Source: Rectinemataceae bacterium
GTDB taxonomy: Bacteria; Spirochaetota; Spirochaetia; Treponematales; Rectinemataceae
Assembly: GCA_035560555.1 (NCBI GenBank)
Contig: DATMZF010000029.1
Span: forward strand, 4,764-68,763
Length of the DNA: 64,000 nucleotides
Direction of reading: 5' to 3'
Position numbers and translations under genes: made by a program
Shown: positions 26,986 to 36,558 of the stretch, piece after piece
Layout: each line of letters starts with the position of its first letter
Numbering within the stretch: the first letter of the stretch is position 1
The notes under the pieces: generated by a model
Told to the model about the DNA's origin: nothing
The model's database searches: none
The model's input: only the letters and a program-made list of their open reading frames with translations

Positions 26986-27254
26986 ACTTCCACAATGGGA
27001 ATGCCGAAAAGCTTAACGAAGTTCGGCTGGATTGTCAGCCTCTGCGTCACAATCGCGACGCGTTCGTCGGCGTTTTTCTACATAATGGGCCAAGGCAGGA
27101 TATTTCTCTTGACCATATGCCCTTGCGGATGCGGAATTTTTCCAAAACCATAAATAGCGCAGTAATCGTGCTTTTTTTATCTTAACAACAAGAGTCAGCT
27201 ATATAACCATGCACAAGCCGGCGTTGCCGGGTTATTCTTTTGAGGAGGCAAAAC

Positions 27255-27872
27255 ATGAAAAGGATTGGAATCATCGCGTTGACGCTGCTTATGGCGTTTT
27301 CCGCCGCCGCGTCGCTTGGCGCGCAGAATGCCGCGGCTTTTAACGCGTCGAAATTTCCCGCATGGGTCGAATCGGACGGACTCTGGAGAACGGTCGTCAA
27401 GACTTCGTTCAAGAAAGGCGCCAAATACGCCCCGACCGATGAAGAGTTGAAGGTTCTCGCGAAACTTGTGAGCCTCACGCCCACCTCCACCGGCAAAACC
27501 GACTACCTCATGGTCGTCCTCAAGGACGTCAACCAGCAGCTGGACAGGGGCTACTACAACGCGGGTATCGCCTCCGGCTACCTCAACCTCGGCGCGATAA
27601 GCCTGGGGCACGGCACGCATTTCTTCATGACGACATCGTACGCGAACGCCAAGTACAGTCCATTGACCATCGAAGAAGCCTATCTTAAGGACAAGGGATA
27701 CAAATACACGTTCGGCTACGACGCCAATAAGCAAGGCGACGCGAAGGGTCAGACGGAAGCCTTCGGGAATCTCAAGTTCGTATGCGCCATTGTCATCGGC
27801 ACCCTCGACGAAAAAGCCGAATCCAAAGTCACCGATCACGGATATCCTAAAAACTGGGTTATCGCGAAATAA
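27255..27872 (+). CDS. Exported nitroreductase-like protein (tentative)
   Basis: Start at ATG 27255 (GAGGAGG 6 nt upstream). The signal peptide is MKRIGIIALTLLMAFSAAASLGA. There is weak nitroreductase-fold resemblance (LTPTSTGKTDYLMVVLKD compared with the APSxxNxQPWxFxVV block; NAGIASGYLNLGAISLGHGTHFF). Confidence 0.45.
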   Translation: MKRIGIIALTLLMAFSAAASLGAQNAAAFNASKFPAWVESDGLWRTVVKTSFKKGAKYAPTDEELKVLAKLVSLTPTSTGKTDYLMVVLKDVNQQLDRGYYNAGIASGYLNLGAISLGHGTHFFMTTSYANAKYSPLTIEEAYLKDKGYKYTFGYDANKQGDAKGQTEAFGNLKFVCAIVIGTLDEKAESKVTDHGYPKNWVIAK

Positions 27873-27970
27873 TATAGAATGAGGCCCGCTGACCAGGGTG
27901 CCATTTTCTGGTATCCTGGTTGGGACGTTCTCGCGAGCCAGCCTGAATTTCGCGGTTTCCTGGAGCAGCC

Positions 27971-29158
27971 ATGCGAAAAAGAGAGCCTTTCCTTCTCATG
28001 CTCTTCGCTTTCTCCCTCTGCATGGGATGCGAGCTTTTTTCTCCGAAGAAAACTCCTGGAGATATGCAGTCCAAACGCAAGACCACCTATCAGTATTTCG
28101 GGACGGTGTGCTTCGCCTCCGTCTACGACGATTTTCGCTCGGATCCGAGCGCCGCGACGCGCTTTGAAACGGCCTGGAACGAAATCATCGGCATGCTAGG
28201 GCGGCTGGAGGCTTCGGCGAGCGTCGAGAAAGCCGGGGGCGACATACGCCGCTTCAACGAAGCGCGCGGCGGCGAGACTATTCCAATTAGCCCGATGACC
28301 GCCGAAATCGTGGATTTGGCCAAACAATTTTACGAGTTCACCGACGGCGCTTACAATCCCGCTGTCGCCAACCTGGTCGACTTATGGGGCTTCTCGCCTC
28401 GCTTCCGCAACGGAAGCGGAACAAAAATGCCCTACGACCGTCCCATGAACGAGGACGGCAGTTTCGACCTCCCCGACCCACGATATGTGGAAGCATTCAG
28501 AAAGCTCTCTGATTTTTCGAAAGTCCGCCTGGAAGGCGACCGGGGAAGCGGTTTCTTCCTCATCAAAGACGCCGAAAACATAGAAATCGATGGCGTTTCC
28601 TACCCGCTGAAAATCGACCTCGGAGGCATAGCCAAAGGCTATGGGGCCGAAAAGGCCGGCGCGATTCTACGGTCGCATGGCTACGAATACGGGTACGTGA
28701 ACCTTGGACTGAGCAGCATGAGTCTTCTAAAGCGAAACGTGGCGGACTCCGGCGCCCCGTCTAAAAACATGTGGGCGGTCAACATTTCGAATCCCGACGA
28801 CAAATCACGAGATTTCCTGAGCGTCTTCGGCAAGGATGTGGGGGTTTCCACAAGTGGCACCTACGATATGCACTACTCCATCGATGGCCGGGATTACAGC
28901 CACATCATCGACACGCAGACGGGCGAACCTACCCGAAGCGACATCATGTCGGTCACGGTGCTCGGCCCCGATGCCGGGCGCGATGACGCGCTCTCCACCG
29001 CGCTCTGCGTCATGGGAAGAAAGAAGGCCGTGGGATTCATGAAATCTAAGCTGAAGGACTACAGGATCGCCCTGATTGTCAGGAGAACTGACGGCGGGCT
29101 CGAGCTGGCGACGAATATCGTCAGAGGATATTATGCGAAAGGCAAACGTCCGCGATAG
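27971..29158 (+). CDS. apbE: FAD:protein FMN transferase (ApbE family) lipoprotein
   Basis: Lipobox LLMLFAFSLCMGC. ApbE motifs are GGIAKGYGAEKA, VSTSGTYDMHY, YSHIIDTQTGEP and DALSTALCVMG. Confidence 0.85.
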   Translation: MRKREPFLLMLFAFSLCMGCELFSPKKTPGDMQSKRKTTYQYFGTVCFASVYDDFRSDPSAATRFETAWNEIIGMLGRLEASASVEKAGGDIRRFNEARGGETIPISPMTAEIVDLAKQFYEFTDGAYNPAVANLVDLWGFSPRFRNGSGTKMPYDRPMNEDGSFDLPDPRYVEAFRKLSDFSKVRLEGDRGSGFFLIKDAENIEIDGVSYPLKIDLGGIAKGYGAEKAGAILRSHGYEYGYVNLGLSSMSLLKRNVADSGAPSKNMWAVNISNPDDKSRDFLSVFGKDVGVSTSGTYDMHYSIDGRDYSHIIDTQTGEPTRSDIMSVTVLGPDAGRDDALSTALCVMGRKKAVGFMKSKLKDYRIALIVRRTDGGLELATNIVRGYYAKGKRPR

Positions 29159-29175
29159 CGGATCGGGGGTGAACC

Positions 29176-30219
29176 ATGCAGAAGCGCTTACGCGATTACG
29201 GAATCGAAATCGGCGAGATGAGAAGAGGAAAACTGAACAAGATCAGCGACGTGAGGGGCGTTCTCGTTGGGCACTGCACCATCGACGCAGACGCCAATAA
29301 AACCGGCGTCACCTTCATATCGCCATCGACCGCGAATCCCTTTTCGCGCAAACTTCCCGCCGCGGCATTCGTCCTGAACGGATTCGGCAAAAGCCTGGGC
29401 CTGCTTCAGATCGAGGAGTTGGGCAGCATCGAGACTCCGATCTTCCTTACCAACACCCTCAATGTGGGACTCGTTCACGACGCGGCCGTCGGCTACATGA
29501 TCGACCGCTGCGAAAAGGATGCCGTGGAACTTCGCTCCGTGAACCCGATCGTGATGGAGTGCAATGACTCCAATCTGAACGACATCAAGCACCGGGTGGT
29601 GCGCGCCGAACACGTGGAACAGGCGGTGGCCGACATCAGGGAAGATTTTCCGGAAGGCGACGTCGGCGCCGGCAAGGGCATGATCTGCCACGGCCTAAAG
29701 GGCGGGATCGGCTCGGCGTCGCGCATGTTCTCTCTAGGCGGCGCGGAATTTACGTTGGGTGTCGTGGCGCTGACGAACCACGGACGTCTGGGCGACCTGA
29801 CCGTCGCCGGCCAGCCCCTCGGTCGGGAAATCCTGAAAAAACGGGAAGCCATCGACAACGAGGACAAGGGCTCCGTTATCCTCGTATTCGCCACCGACGC
29901 GCCCTTGACGAGCCGGCAGCTCAAGCGCGTCATAAAGCGCGGATCGGTTGGCCTGGCGCGCCTGGGTTCCTTCATCGGCCACGGTTCCGGCGAGGTTTTC
30001 GTCGGGTTTTCGACGGCCTACAGCGTTTCCAGCGAGAACGACATCGTCGAGATATCGATGGTCAGGGAAGAGCGCCTCGAGCTTCTCTTTAGGGCCGCCG
30101 CCGAGTGCGCCGAGGAAGCGGTGCTTAATTCAATGGTCTGCGCTTCATCGATCACTGGCTTCAAGGGCTTTCGCTGCGAGTCGCTGGCCGGGTATATGGA
30201 TCTGCTGCGCCGACCCTAG
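29176..30219 (+). CDS. P1/S58 family peptidase (DmpA / L-aminopeptidase-like)
   Basis: Motifs VRGVLVGHCT, GVTFI, GAGKGMICHGLKGGIGSAS, VFATDAPLTSRQLKRV and GLARLG are typical of the S58 family. Confidence 0.8.
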   Translation: MQKRLRDYGIEIGEMRRGKLNKISDVRGVLVGHCTIDADANKTGVTFISPSTANPFSRKLPAAAFVLNGFGKSLGLLQIEELGSIETPIFLTNTLNVGLVHDAAVGYMIDRCEKDAVELRSVNPIVMECNDSNLNDIKHRVVRAEHVEQAVADIREDFPEGDVGAGKGMICHGLKGGIGSASRMFSLGGAEFTLGVVALTNHGRLGDLTVAGQPLGREILKKREAIDNEDKGSVILVFATDAPLTSRQLKRVIKRGSVGLARLGSFIGHGSGEVFVGFSTAYSVSSENDIVEISMVREERLELLFRAAAECAEEAVLNSMVCASSITGFKGFRCESLAGYMDLLRRP

Positions 30220-30328
30220 CCGCTATCGCGGGGAGCGCAAGTCCATGCTCGACTGGGTCGCCTGTATCGGCGATCGCGGATCAGGCTATCGCCGCGATGC
30301 CCGGACCATCGATTTTCACTCTCGTACC

Positions 30329-31681
30329 TTATGCATCGTTGGTCCTCAGCTCCTTGAAAAAGTGGAACGTGAAGGGCAGGCAGAACAGAAAGGCGCAGAC
30401 ATCGGCCAGAGGCTGCGTGATCTGAACGCCAAAAAGGCCGAAGAATCTGGGTAAAACGAGGATCAGGGGCAGGAAGAATATGCCCTGTCGCGCGGCCGAA
30501 AGTATCGTCGCCGTCCAGGATTTCCCGATGGACTGGAAGGTCATGTTGCACATGACGCCAAGGGGAAGAAGCGGCATAGTGAGACACTGCGCTCTTAAGG
30601 CAATTGTGCCGATCCGTATGACCTCCACGTCCTGGGAGATGAAAAGCCTCATCAGGGTCGGAGCTGTCATGTACCCCGCTACCGCGCAGGAGGTCATCAC
30701 CGCGACATTGGTTTTCAGGGTGAAAAAGAAGGCTTCTCTCACCCGTCCCATCTTCTTCGCGCCATAATTGTACCCCACCACCGGCTGGTACCCCTGCCCG
30801 ACTCCCAAAACGATCGAGAAAATGAACATGAAAATCTTCGCGACGATGGACATCGCGGCCACCGCCGCGTCGCCATAGAGGGCGGCGCTGACATTGAGCG
30901 CTACGGTAGAGGCGCTGGCGAGCCCCTGTCTGCAGAAAGAAGGGAGCCCGTTTTTCAATATCCGCAGATAGGTGTCGGGTCTTTTCGCCATTTTTCCCGC
31001 GCCTATCTTCACGATCGTTCCGCCCCCGAGGTAGACGGCCAGGAGAATGATGAAGCTGATGAGCTGGCTGAGGGCAGTCGCTATGGCCGCGCCTCCGATG
31101 CCCATCTTGAACGTGAAAATGAAAAGAGGATCGAGACCGCAGTTGAGGATGCCGCCCGTCGCGATCCCGATCATGGCGAACTTCGCCTTGCCTTCCGCTC
31201 GCAGGATGTTGTTGAGCACGAAGGAGGCCATCATGATGGGCGCCGCGATCAATATGTAGCTCGCGTAATCGCTCGCGTAGGGCAGGATCGTTTCCGTCGC
31301 GCCCAGAACCTGCATGAGGGGATTCATGAAGACGACGCCGAAAACCGCGAGCAATATTCCAAAGAGGATGGACATGAAGAAGCCGCTGGAGGCGACCACG
31401 TTCGCGTCATCAGTCTTGTGCGCCCCAAGAAGCCTGGAAATCCAGCTGCCCGATCCCATGCCGATGGTGAAACCCACCGCCTGGATGATCGCCATGAGGG
31501 AGAACACGATCCCCACCGCCGCGGACGCGCTCGTGCTTATCTTCGAGACGAAGTACGTATCGGCCATATTGTAGATCGAGGACACGAGCATGCTGACTAT
31601 CGTCGGGACAGCCAGCGAGGTCACCAGCTTCCCGACAGGCGTCTGGGTCATTTTTACGTATTGCGCGTCGCTATGTTCCAT
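30329..31681 (-). CDS. MATE family efflux transporter
   Basis: A 450-aa protein with 12 transmembrane segments. The N-terminus LAVPTIVSMLVSSIYNMADTYFVS and the internal duplication are typical of MATE transporters. Confidence 0.85.
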   Translation of the reverse strand: MEHSDAQYVKMTQTPVGKLVTSLAVPTIVSMLVSSIYNMADTYFVSKISTSASAAVGIVFSLMAIIQAVGFTIGMGSGSWISRLLGAHKTDDANVVASSGFFMSILFGILLAVFGVVFMNPLMQVLGATETILPYASDYASYILIAAPIMMASFVLNNILRAEGKAKFAMIGIATGGILNCGLDPLFIFTFKMGIGGAAIATALSQLISFIILLAVYLGGGTIVKIGAGKMAKRPDTYLRILKNGLPSFCRQGLASASTVALNVSAALYGDAAVAAMSIVAKIFMFIFSIVLGVGQGYQPVVGYNYGAKKMGRVREAFFFTLKTNVAVMTSCAVAGYMTAPTLMRLFISQDVEVIRIGTIALRAQCLTMPLLPLGVMCNMTFQSIGKSWTATILSAARQGIFFLPLILVLPRFFGLFGVQITQPLADVCAFLFCLPFTFHFFKELRTNDA

Positions 31682-31694
31682 ATTCCCTCGTTTG

Positions 31695-33023
31695 TTAAGT
31701 TTTACGCTTTCTCCAGCTTCCTATCCCGGAAACGCTGAAGAGCGGAAGCAGGTAGAGATAAAACGCGAAAGGCAGATATCCGGCGCTGTCGACCCCGATC
31801 GACGAGGTGACCGCGAAGGCCGCGACGTTCCAGGGAATCATGGCGGCCAGGACTATGCCCGTATTTTCCAAATCCAGCGCGAACTCGTGGGCCTCGATTC
31901 CCTTTGACTCGTAGCTTTTCTTCATTATCTGGTGCGTCAGGACGGTGGCGATCGTCTGGTTGCAGCCGAAGGAAGCGGTGGCTATGCTGACCGCCATCGT
32001 GTGGGCGAAGAGGCTCGTGCGGCTTTTCGCCCTCATCATCAACGTTTCCATATTCCTGAGCATGCCGGTTCCCTCGTAAATCCCCGAAAGGGCGCAGGAA
32101 ATCAGGACGACGACAGAGGCTTTCACCATCGAAAGCAGGCCGCCGCCCTTCAACACGCTCCGCAGAGGGCTGTCCGGCCCCATGGTGAAGCCCAGCAAAA
32201 TGAAGCGCAGGAGATCCGCGAACGCGTAATGGTTCAGCAGCATGGCGATGCCGAAGGCCGAGACGAGGCCCGCCGAAATGGTAATCACTATTCTCGTTCT
32301 CAGCACCGAGAGGAAAAGCACCAGGAATACCGGCGCCATGACAATGATGTTGATGTCGAAAGCTTTCGCTATCTCGCCCGTGGTCTTCGTGTCGAGCGAG
32401 GCGAGAGGGTTCCGGAGCGAAAGGACGAAATAGCAGGCTAGCGCCGCGATGAAGGGTAGAACGCTGGTTTTCAGCATGTTCTTTATATTCGTGTACTGCC
32501 TCGTGCGGGTCAGGGTGGCCACCAGATAGGCGCTCGAAGACATGGGCGAACAACGGTCGCCGAAATAAACGCCCGACATGATCGCCCCAGCGATCATGTT
32601 CATGTCGATGTCGCCGCTCTTGGCGATCAGCACCAGCGCCACGCCGACGGTGCTGGCCGTTCCCAGCGAGGTTCCGAGCAGAAACGAGACCACGCAGCTT
32701 ATAAGAAAGGCATAGAGCAAAAAGTATTTCGGGTTGAGGTACTGGATCCCGTAATAGATGATGCCTGGGACCGTGCCCGAAGCCATCCAGATGCTGGTGA
32801 GCCCGCCGATCAGGACGAATATTTTTATGACCTGCAGCGCTTTGCCGCCGCCGGCGACAGCCATTCCGACTATCGCCGCTGCGGAAAATTTTCTTCTCCA
32901 GGCCATGAAGGCGAAGACAAAAAAGCCGATGGCAAGGGCGTAGCCGACGAATATTCCATTCAGCACGGAAAACACCAGCAGCAGGAACATGAACAAAATG
33001 CCGAGCGGGACATCCATCGCCAA
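31695..33023 (-). CDS. Na+/H+ antiporter NhaC-family membrane protein
   Basis: A polytopic 442-aa protein. YFGDRCSPMSSSA resembles the conserved NhaC-family GDxxSP(I/M)S(D/S)T motif. Confidence 0.65.
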   Translation of the reverse strand: MAMDVPLGILFMFLLLVFSVLNGIFVGYALAIGFFVFAFMAWRRKFSAAAIVGMAVAGGGKALQVIKIFVLIGGLTSIWMASGTVPGIIYYGIQYLNPKYFLLYAFLISCVVSFLLGTSLGTASTVGVALVLIAKSGDIDMNMIAGAIMSGVYFGDRCSPMSSSAYLVATLTRTRQYTNIKNMLKTSVLPFIAALACYFVLSLRNPLASLDTKTTGEIAKAFDINIIVMAPVFLVLFLSVLRTRIVITISAGLVSAFGIAMLLNHYAFADLLRFILLGFTMGPDSPLRSVLKGGGLLSMVKASVVVLISCALSGIYEGTGMLRNMETLMMRAKSRTSLFAHTMAVSIATASFGCNQTIATVLTHQIMKKSYESKGIEAHEFALDLENTGIVLAAMIPWNVAAFAVTSSIGVDSAGYLPFAFYLYLLPLFSVSGIGSWRKRKT

Positions 33024-33100
33024 AGGCCTCTTCGATCGAACACGATACTCTATTCGCGGGATGTCCTACACTATAATGTATCCGTCGGCCGAAGGTATAG

Positions 33101-34039
33101 TCAGAACCCCAGGCCTATGTACCATTTGGTCCAGGCGGTGAAGCCTTCGCCGAACCATGTATCGGAGTAGGAAAAACCTTTCGCGAGCCCGGAAGGCAGA
33201 TTGGGCGCCGACGCGAGCGAAATGTCCGACCGGAAGCCGCCGGTGAAGCGGAGTCCGCCCAACTTCAGCGAAAGGCTTGCGTCGAGCGTGGGCCAGGGCG
33301 CCAGAACGTCGCTGGGGCTGCGGCCGTCGCGATAGTTCATGGCGTCGAAAAACCCCCGCAGGTCCGCCCCCGTCGCCTGGGACGCCGAGACCTCGAGATC
33401 GAGATGGAGGCTCCGGGAATCGCCGATCCGCGTGCCCAAACCCGCCGACACCACGGTGTTGTCGGGAGTTTTAAACCAGTCCCCCCGGGGCATGCCGATC
33501 GAGTATACGCCGAACACCGATGTGTTGCCCGTCTTCAATGTCCCATAGACGTACTCCGTTTGGGATTCCCAGGATCCGGAGAGTTCGAAGACGCCGTTGG
33601 AGGAGATATTGATGAGTCCTAACTGTATGCCGGTCACGCGGTCGGCCACGTTGACGATGCCGACCTGAAATCCCTGAACATCGTCCGCGATGTTGAACAC
33701 CGGCGCGATCTGCGCGCCATCGACATCGCCGGCGATATTGAAGACGCCGGCCGCCTGAATGCCTTCCATGGTCTCGTCGGCGATATTGAACACACCCGCG
33801 GCCTGCAATCCGCGAATATCGTCGGCGATGTTGAACGCGCCTGCCGCCTGGAGAAGGTCCACCCTGCCCGAAATGTTGCCGATCGACCCCAAGGCGATGC
33901 CGACGCGGTCAGCGCCGAAGGGAAGGGCTACTCCCGGGACGATGGAAATCGTTATTGGGCTGTAATCATAGGCGAAAACGTTGGTCGCGGGAAAAAAGAA
34001 AACGATTGCCGCGACGGCTATTGCGCAAAAGTGCTTCAT
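33101..34039 (-). CDS. Secreted surface/outer-membrane repeat protein (resembles spirochaetal LA_2272-type repeat proteins; tentative)
   Basis: Start at ATG 34039 (GGGGGA upstream). The signal peptide is MKHFCAIAVAAIVFFFPATNVFA. The central region has QAAGVFNIADD-type tandem repeats. The C-terminal half has alternating-residue composition suggestive of beta strands and ends in ...WYIGLGF. Confidence 0.55.
   Translation of the reverse strand: MKHFCAIAVAAIVFFFPATNVFAYDYSPITISIVPGVALPFGADRVGIALGSIGNISGRVDLLQAAGAFNIADDIRGLQAAGVFNIADETMEGIQAAGVFNIAGDVDGAQIAPVFNIADDVQGFQVGIVNVADRVTGIQLGLINISSNGVFELSGSWESQTEYVYGTLKTGNTSVFGVYSIGMPRGDWFKTPDNTVVSAGLGTRIGDSRSLHLDLEVSASQATGADLRGFFDAMNYRDGRSPSDVLAPWPTLDASLSLKLGGLRFTGGFRSDISLASAPNLPSGLAKGFSYSDTWFGEGFTAWTKWYIGLGF
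33589..33901 (-). repeat. About 6-7 tandem 45-48-bp coding repeats (15-16 aa units)
   Basis: The protein units are LQAAGAFNIADDIRG / LQAAGVFNIADETMEG / IQAAGVFNIAGDVDGA / QIAPVFNIADDVQGF / QVGIVNVADRVTGI / QLGLINISSNG. The DNA shows recurring gcgatattgaaSacRcc...gcctg. Confidence 0.7.
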
Positions 34040-34149
34040 GCTATCCCCCAGTTCGGGCGGATTCAGACGTAGCTGTCCTGAGCGGACACGCTTTAGCCAG
34101 AAAGATAGCGCATTTGATGGAAAACGCACATATATCGACTGAAAAATAT

Positions 34150-35436
34150 CTACATGACCGCCGATATCTCGTAAGCCGGAACATTCACGCTCACTTTATC
34201 GGCGATTCTTTCCTCTTCGCGGATCTTGTACATTTCTTCCACCGCGAACTGCAGCTTGGTGACCACGTTTTTCGCGGTAAGGGGGAAGAGATAGAAGGTG
34301 TCGTCTATGGTGGATAAGTCCAGGCAGTCGCCCTTTCCGAAATAATCGAATTCGATGTGCAGGCTGTAGAGCGACGAGGGCTTCTTCTCCAGGCGGAATG
34401 TATCGTCGCCGGCGAGCTTCTCCAGCACGAAGCCCTTGGAAGAATGCGTCAAGGTCGCCACACCGAGGCGAATGTAGCCCTTGGCGTTGGGCAGGGAATC
34501 GACCATGACCTTGTCCTTAAAAAAGTAGCGGCCTTCCTCGATCTGCCTGCGGACCATTCCGCGCTCAAATTCGAACCAGTCGGGAATATGGGAAAACTCG
34601 GTGACGCCTTCCGCCGCCGACAGCTCTCCGAGTTCGCTCATCGTCCAGCGCTTGCGGCAATGCTCGCACCACAGCTCGTTCTTGTCGGAATTCATCGCCG
34701 ATTCGGTCAGGCAGTGGGGACACTGGTAGAGGATATGGTGAAGCCCCTTGGCCCGGTTCGGGAAATCGATGGCGACGGCTCCGTCCTTTTGCCAACGGTA
34801 TTCATCATATTTAAAAGCTTTATGTATCGTACTGTTTATCTCGTGGACGTTGGCCTTCTCTATCTGTTCGGGCGTATAGACTCGCTCCATCGTCGCTTCC
34901 AGGCGGCATTTCCTTTTTTCGAGGTTCCACACCGGCTGGGAGAGATAATTCCCATGCTGGATCAAGACCACGACGGGGACCTTGAGTATTTTGACAAGTT
35001 TGCCGAGGGAATCCGGCAACACCGACGTCGTGCCGCAATACGAGTATCGCGCTTCGGGGTAGAGGGCGAGCACCGTCCTGTTCACCTCGAGCGCGTGCTT
35101 CATCTGCCTGACGAGAAGAATGTCGTTGGTGAACTTGCGTTTGCAAATGCAGCCGACCTGTCTCAGCAGTTCCTCGCCTTTCAGGAAACCGTCGATAGCG
35201 ACGACGTAATTGGCGCGGCGAGGAAAAATCGCCCTCGTCGTCACCTTGAAATCGACGAAGGCCATATGGTTGGACAGAAGCAGATACGGCGGCTTCAAAC
35301 CCTCCATGTTTATTTTCGTGACCTTCAGCTTGCGCCGCAGGATTTCCGGGAAGCTCAGGAACCAGGCGACCGGCGTCAGAAACCATCGCTGCTTTATCGG
35401 CTTTCTCGCCATGTCGAATTTTTTTACCGCTTCCAT
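34150..35436 (-). CDS. PlsC-like acyltransferase with an internal zinc ribbon (paralog of 11762..13054)
   Basis: HX4D (SNHMAFVD), PE block (LYPEARYS) and ribbon YQCPHCLTESAMNSDKNELWCEHCRKRW are present. The preferred start, ATG 35436 (AGGAG 6 nt upstream), overlaps the corA stop (TGATG). The track start is 35460. Confidence 0.7.
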   Translation of the reverse strand: MEAVKKFDMARKPIKQRWFLTPVAWFLSFPEILRRKLKVTKINMEGLKPPYLLLSNHMAFVDFKVTTRAIFPRRANYVVAIDGFLKGEELLRQVGCICKRKFTNDILLVRQMKHALEVNRTVLALYPEARYSYCGTTSVLPDSLGKLVKILKVPVVVLIQHGNYLSQPVWNLEKRKCRLEATMERVYTPEQIEKANVHEINSTIHKAFKYDEYRWQKDGAVAIDFPNRAKGLHHILYQCPHCLTESAMNSDKNELWCEHCRKRWTMSELGELSAAEGVTEFSHIPDWFEFERGMVRRQIEEGRYFFKDKVMVDSLPNAKGYIRLGVATLTHSSKGFVLEKLAGDDTFRLEKKPSSLYSLHIEFDYFGKGDCLDLSTIDDTFYLFPLTAKNVVTKLQFAVEEMYKIREEERIADKVSVNVPAYEISAVM

Positions 35437-36452
35437 CAGGATCTCCTGTTGTCCAGCCATTTCAAGAACGCGTAGTTGACGATGCCCATCAAGGCCATGA
35501 CGCCGAGGAGGATCGGATACGCGATTTTCCAGTTTTCAGGCCCGGCTATCATCGTCAATTCGGACATGCCGCCGATCCCGGCGATCAGGCTGAGCGGCAT
35601 GAATATCGTCGTGATCAACGTTAGGCGATTCACTGAGTGGTTGGTGCGGTTCGACGATTCGGCCATCGCGTTGCTCGTCAGCGAAAGCTGGATCTGCACG
35701 AGGTTCGTCACTGTTTCGCGGTTGGATTCCACGATTTCGACGAACTTCGCGAGATGGTCGTAGAGATCGCTGAAATAGGCCAGATCCCCTTCCTTTATGA
35801 GGGGGCTGTCGTGCCTGCATATCCTCACCAATATTTCGCGCTCATGAAAGAGGCTCTTGCGCATGACCATAAGGTTTTGCCTGATGCCGTGCAGTTCCGC
35901 GTTGTCGACGGGACCTTTTTGGGTGAGGATCAAATCCTCGAATTCAGATATCCGGTCTCCTACCTTCTCGACGGCCCCGAACTTATTGTCGATGACGCGG
36001 TCGAGAATGGCGTAGAGCACGCGCGCCGAGCCCCTGGCTGGTTTCACGGTATCGACGGCGAGTTCGTCGAGGATATCCTCGCAACGGTAGAGATCCGCGC
36101 ATCCGTCCCTGATGACCGAGACGAGAAAATCCTTCCCGAGGAAAAAATTGACTTCCCTGATGACCAATGTCTGGCTTCCGGCAAGGAAATCGTTGAACAG
36201 GATTCCCGTGTAATCGGTGAATATGTCGATTTTCGGGAGGTAATCCTCATCGAAACAATCCTCTATGGAGAGAGGATGGATGCCGAGTTCGACGACCAGG
36301 GGATCGAGATCGGCCTTGTCCGGCGAGACATAGGCGAGCCAGACGAACCCGCCTTCCTTCTTTAGGGCCAAGGCATCTTCGCGGGTATGCGCGTCGATCA
36401 CCGCGCCATCGGGTGAAAAGTAATAGAAGTTATTTTTCGTCATGCCCGACAC
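35436..36452 (-). CDS. corA: CorA-family divalent metal ion transporter
   Basis: A cytoplasmic N-terminal domain is followed by two C-terminal transmembrane helices. The pore-loop position reads GIGGMSE where the canonical motif is GMN. Confidence 0.75.
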   Translation of the reverse strand: MSGMTKNNFYYFSPDGAVIDAHTREDALALKKEGGFVWLAYVSPDKADLDPLVVELGIHPLSIEDCFDEDYLPKIDIFTDYTGILFNDFLAGSQTLVIREVNFFLGKDFLVSVIRDGCADLYRCEDILDELAVDTVKPARGSARVLYAILDRVIDNKFGAVEKVGDRISEFEDLILTQKGPVDNAELHGIRQNLMVMRKSLFHEREILVRICRHDSPLIKEGDLAYFSDLYDHLAKFVEIVESNRETVTNLVQIQLSLTSNAMAESSNRTNHSVNRLTLITTIFMPLSLIAGIGGMSELTMIAGPENWKIAYPILLGVMALMGIVNYAFLKWLDNRRS

Positions 36453-36558
36453 AGTATCATGGATACATCGATTACGAAAGTTTCCGCCGAAGGCGTTTTT
36501 TTGACGCCGAATCCTCGATCTGGCTCGTTGGTTAAAAAGGATCGGCGCGGTATTTCCT

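Noticed and set aside
27400-27500. ApbE flavinylation motif in the exported nitroreductase-like protein
   Set aside because: The closest sequence is TSTGKT, which does not match the established [S/T]-G-A-[S/T] context. I did not claim a flavinylation site.
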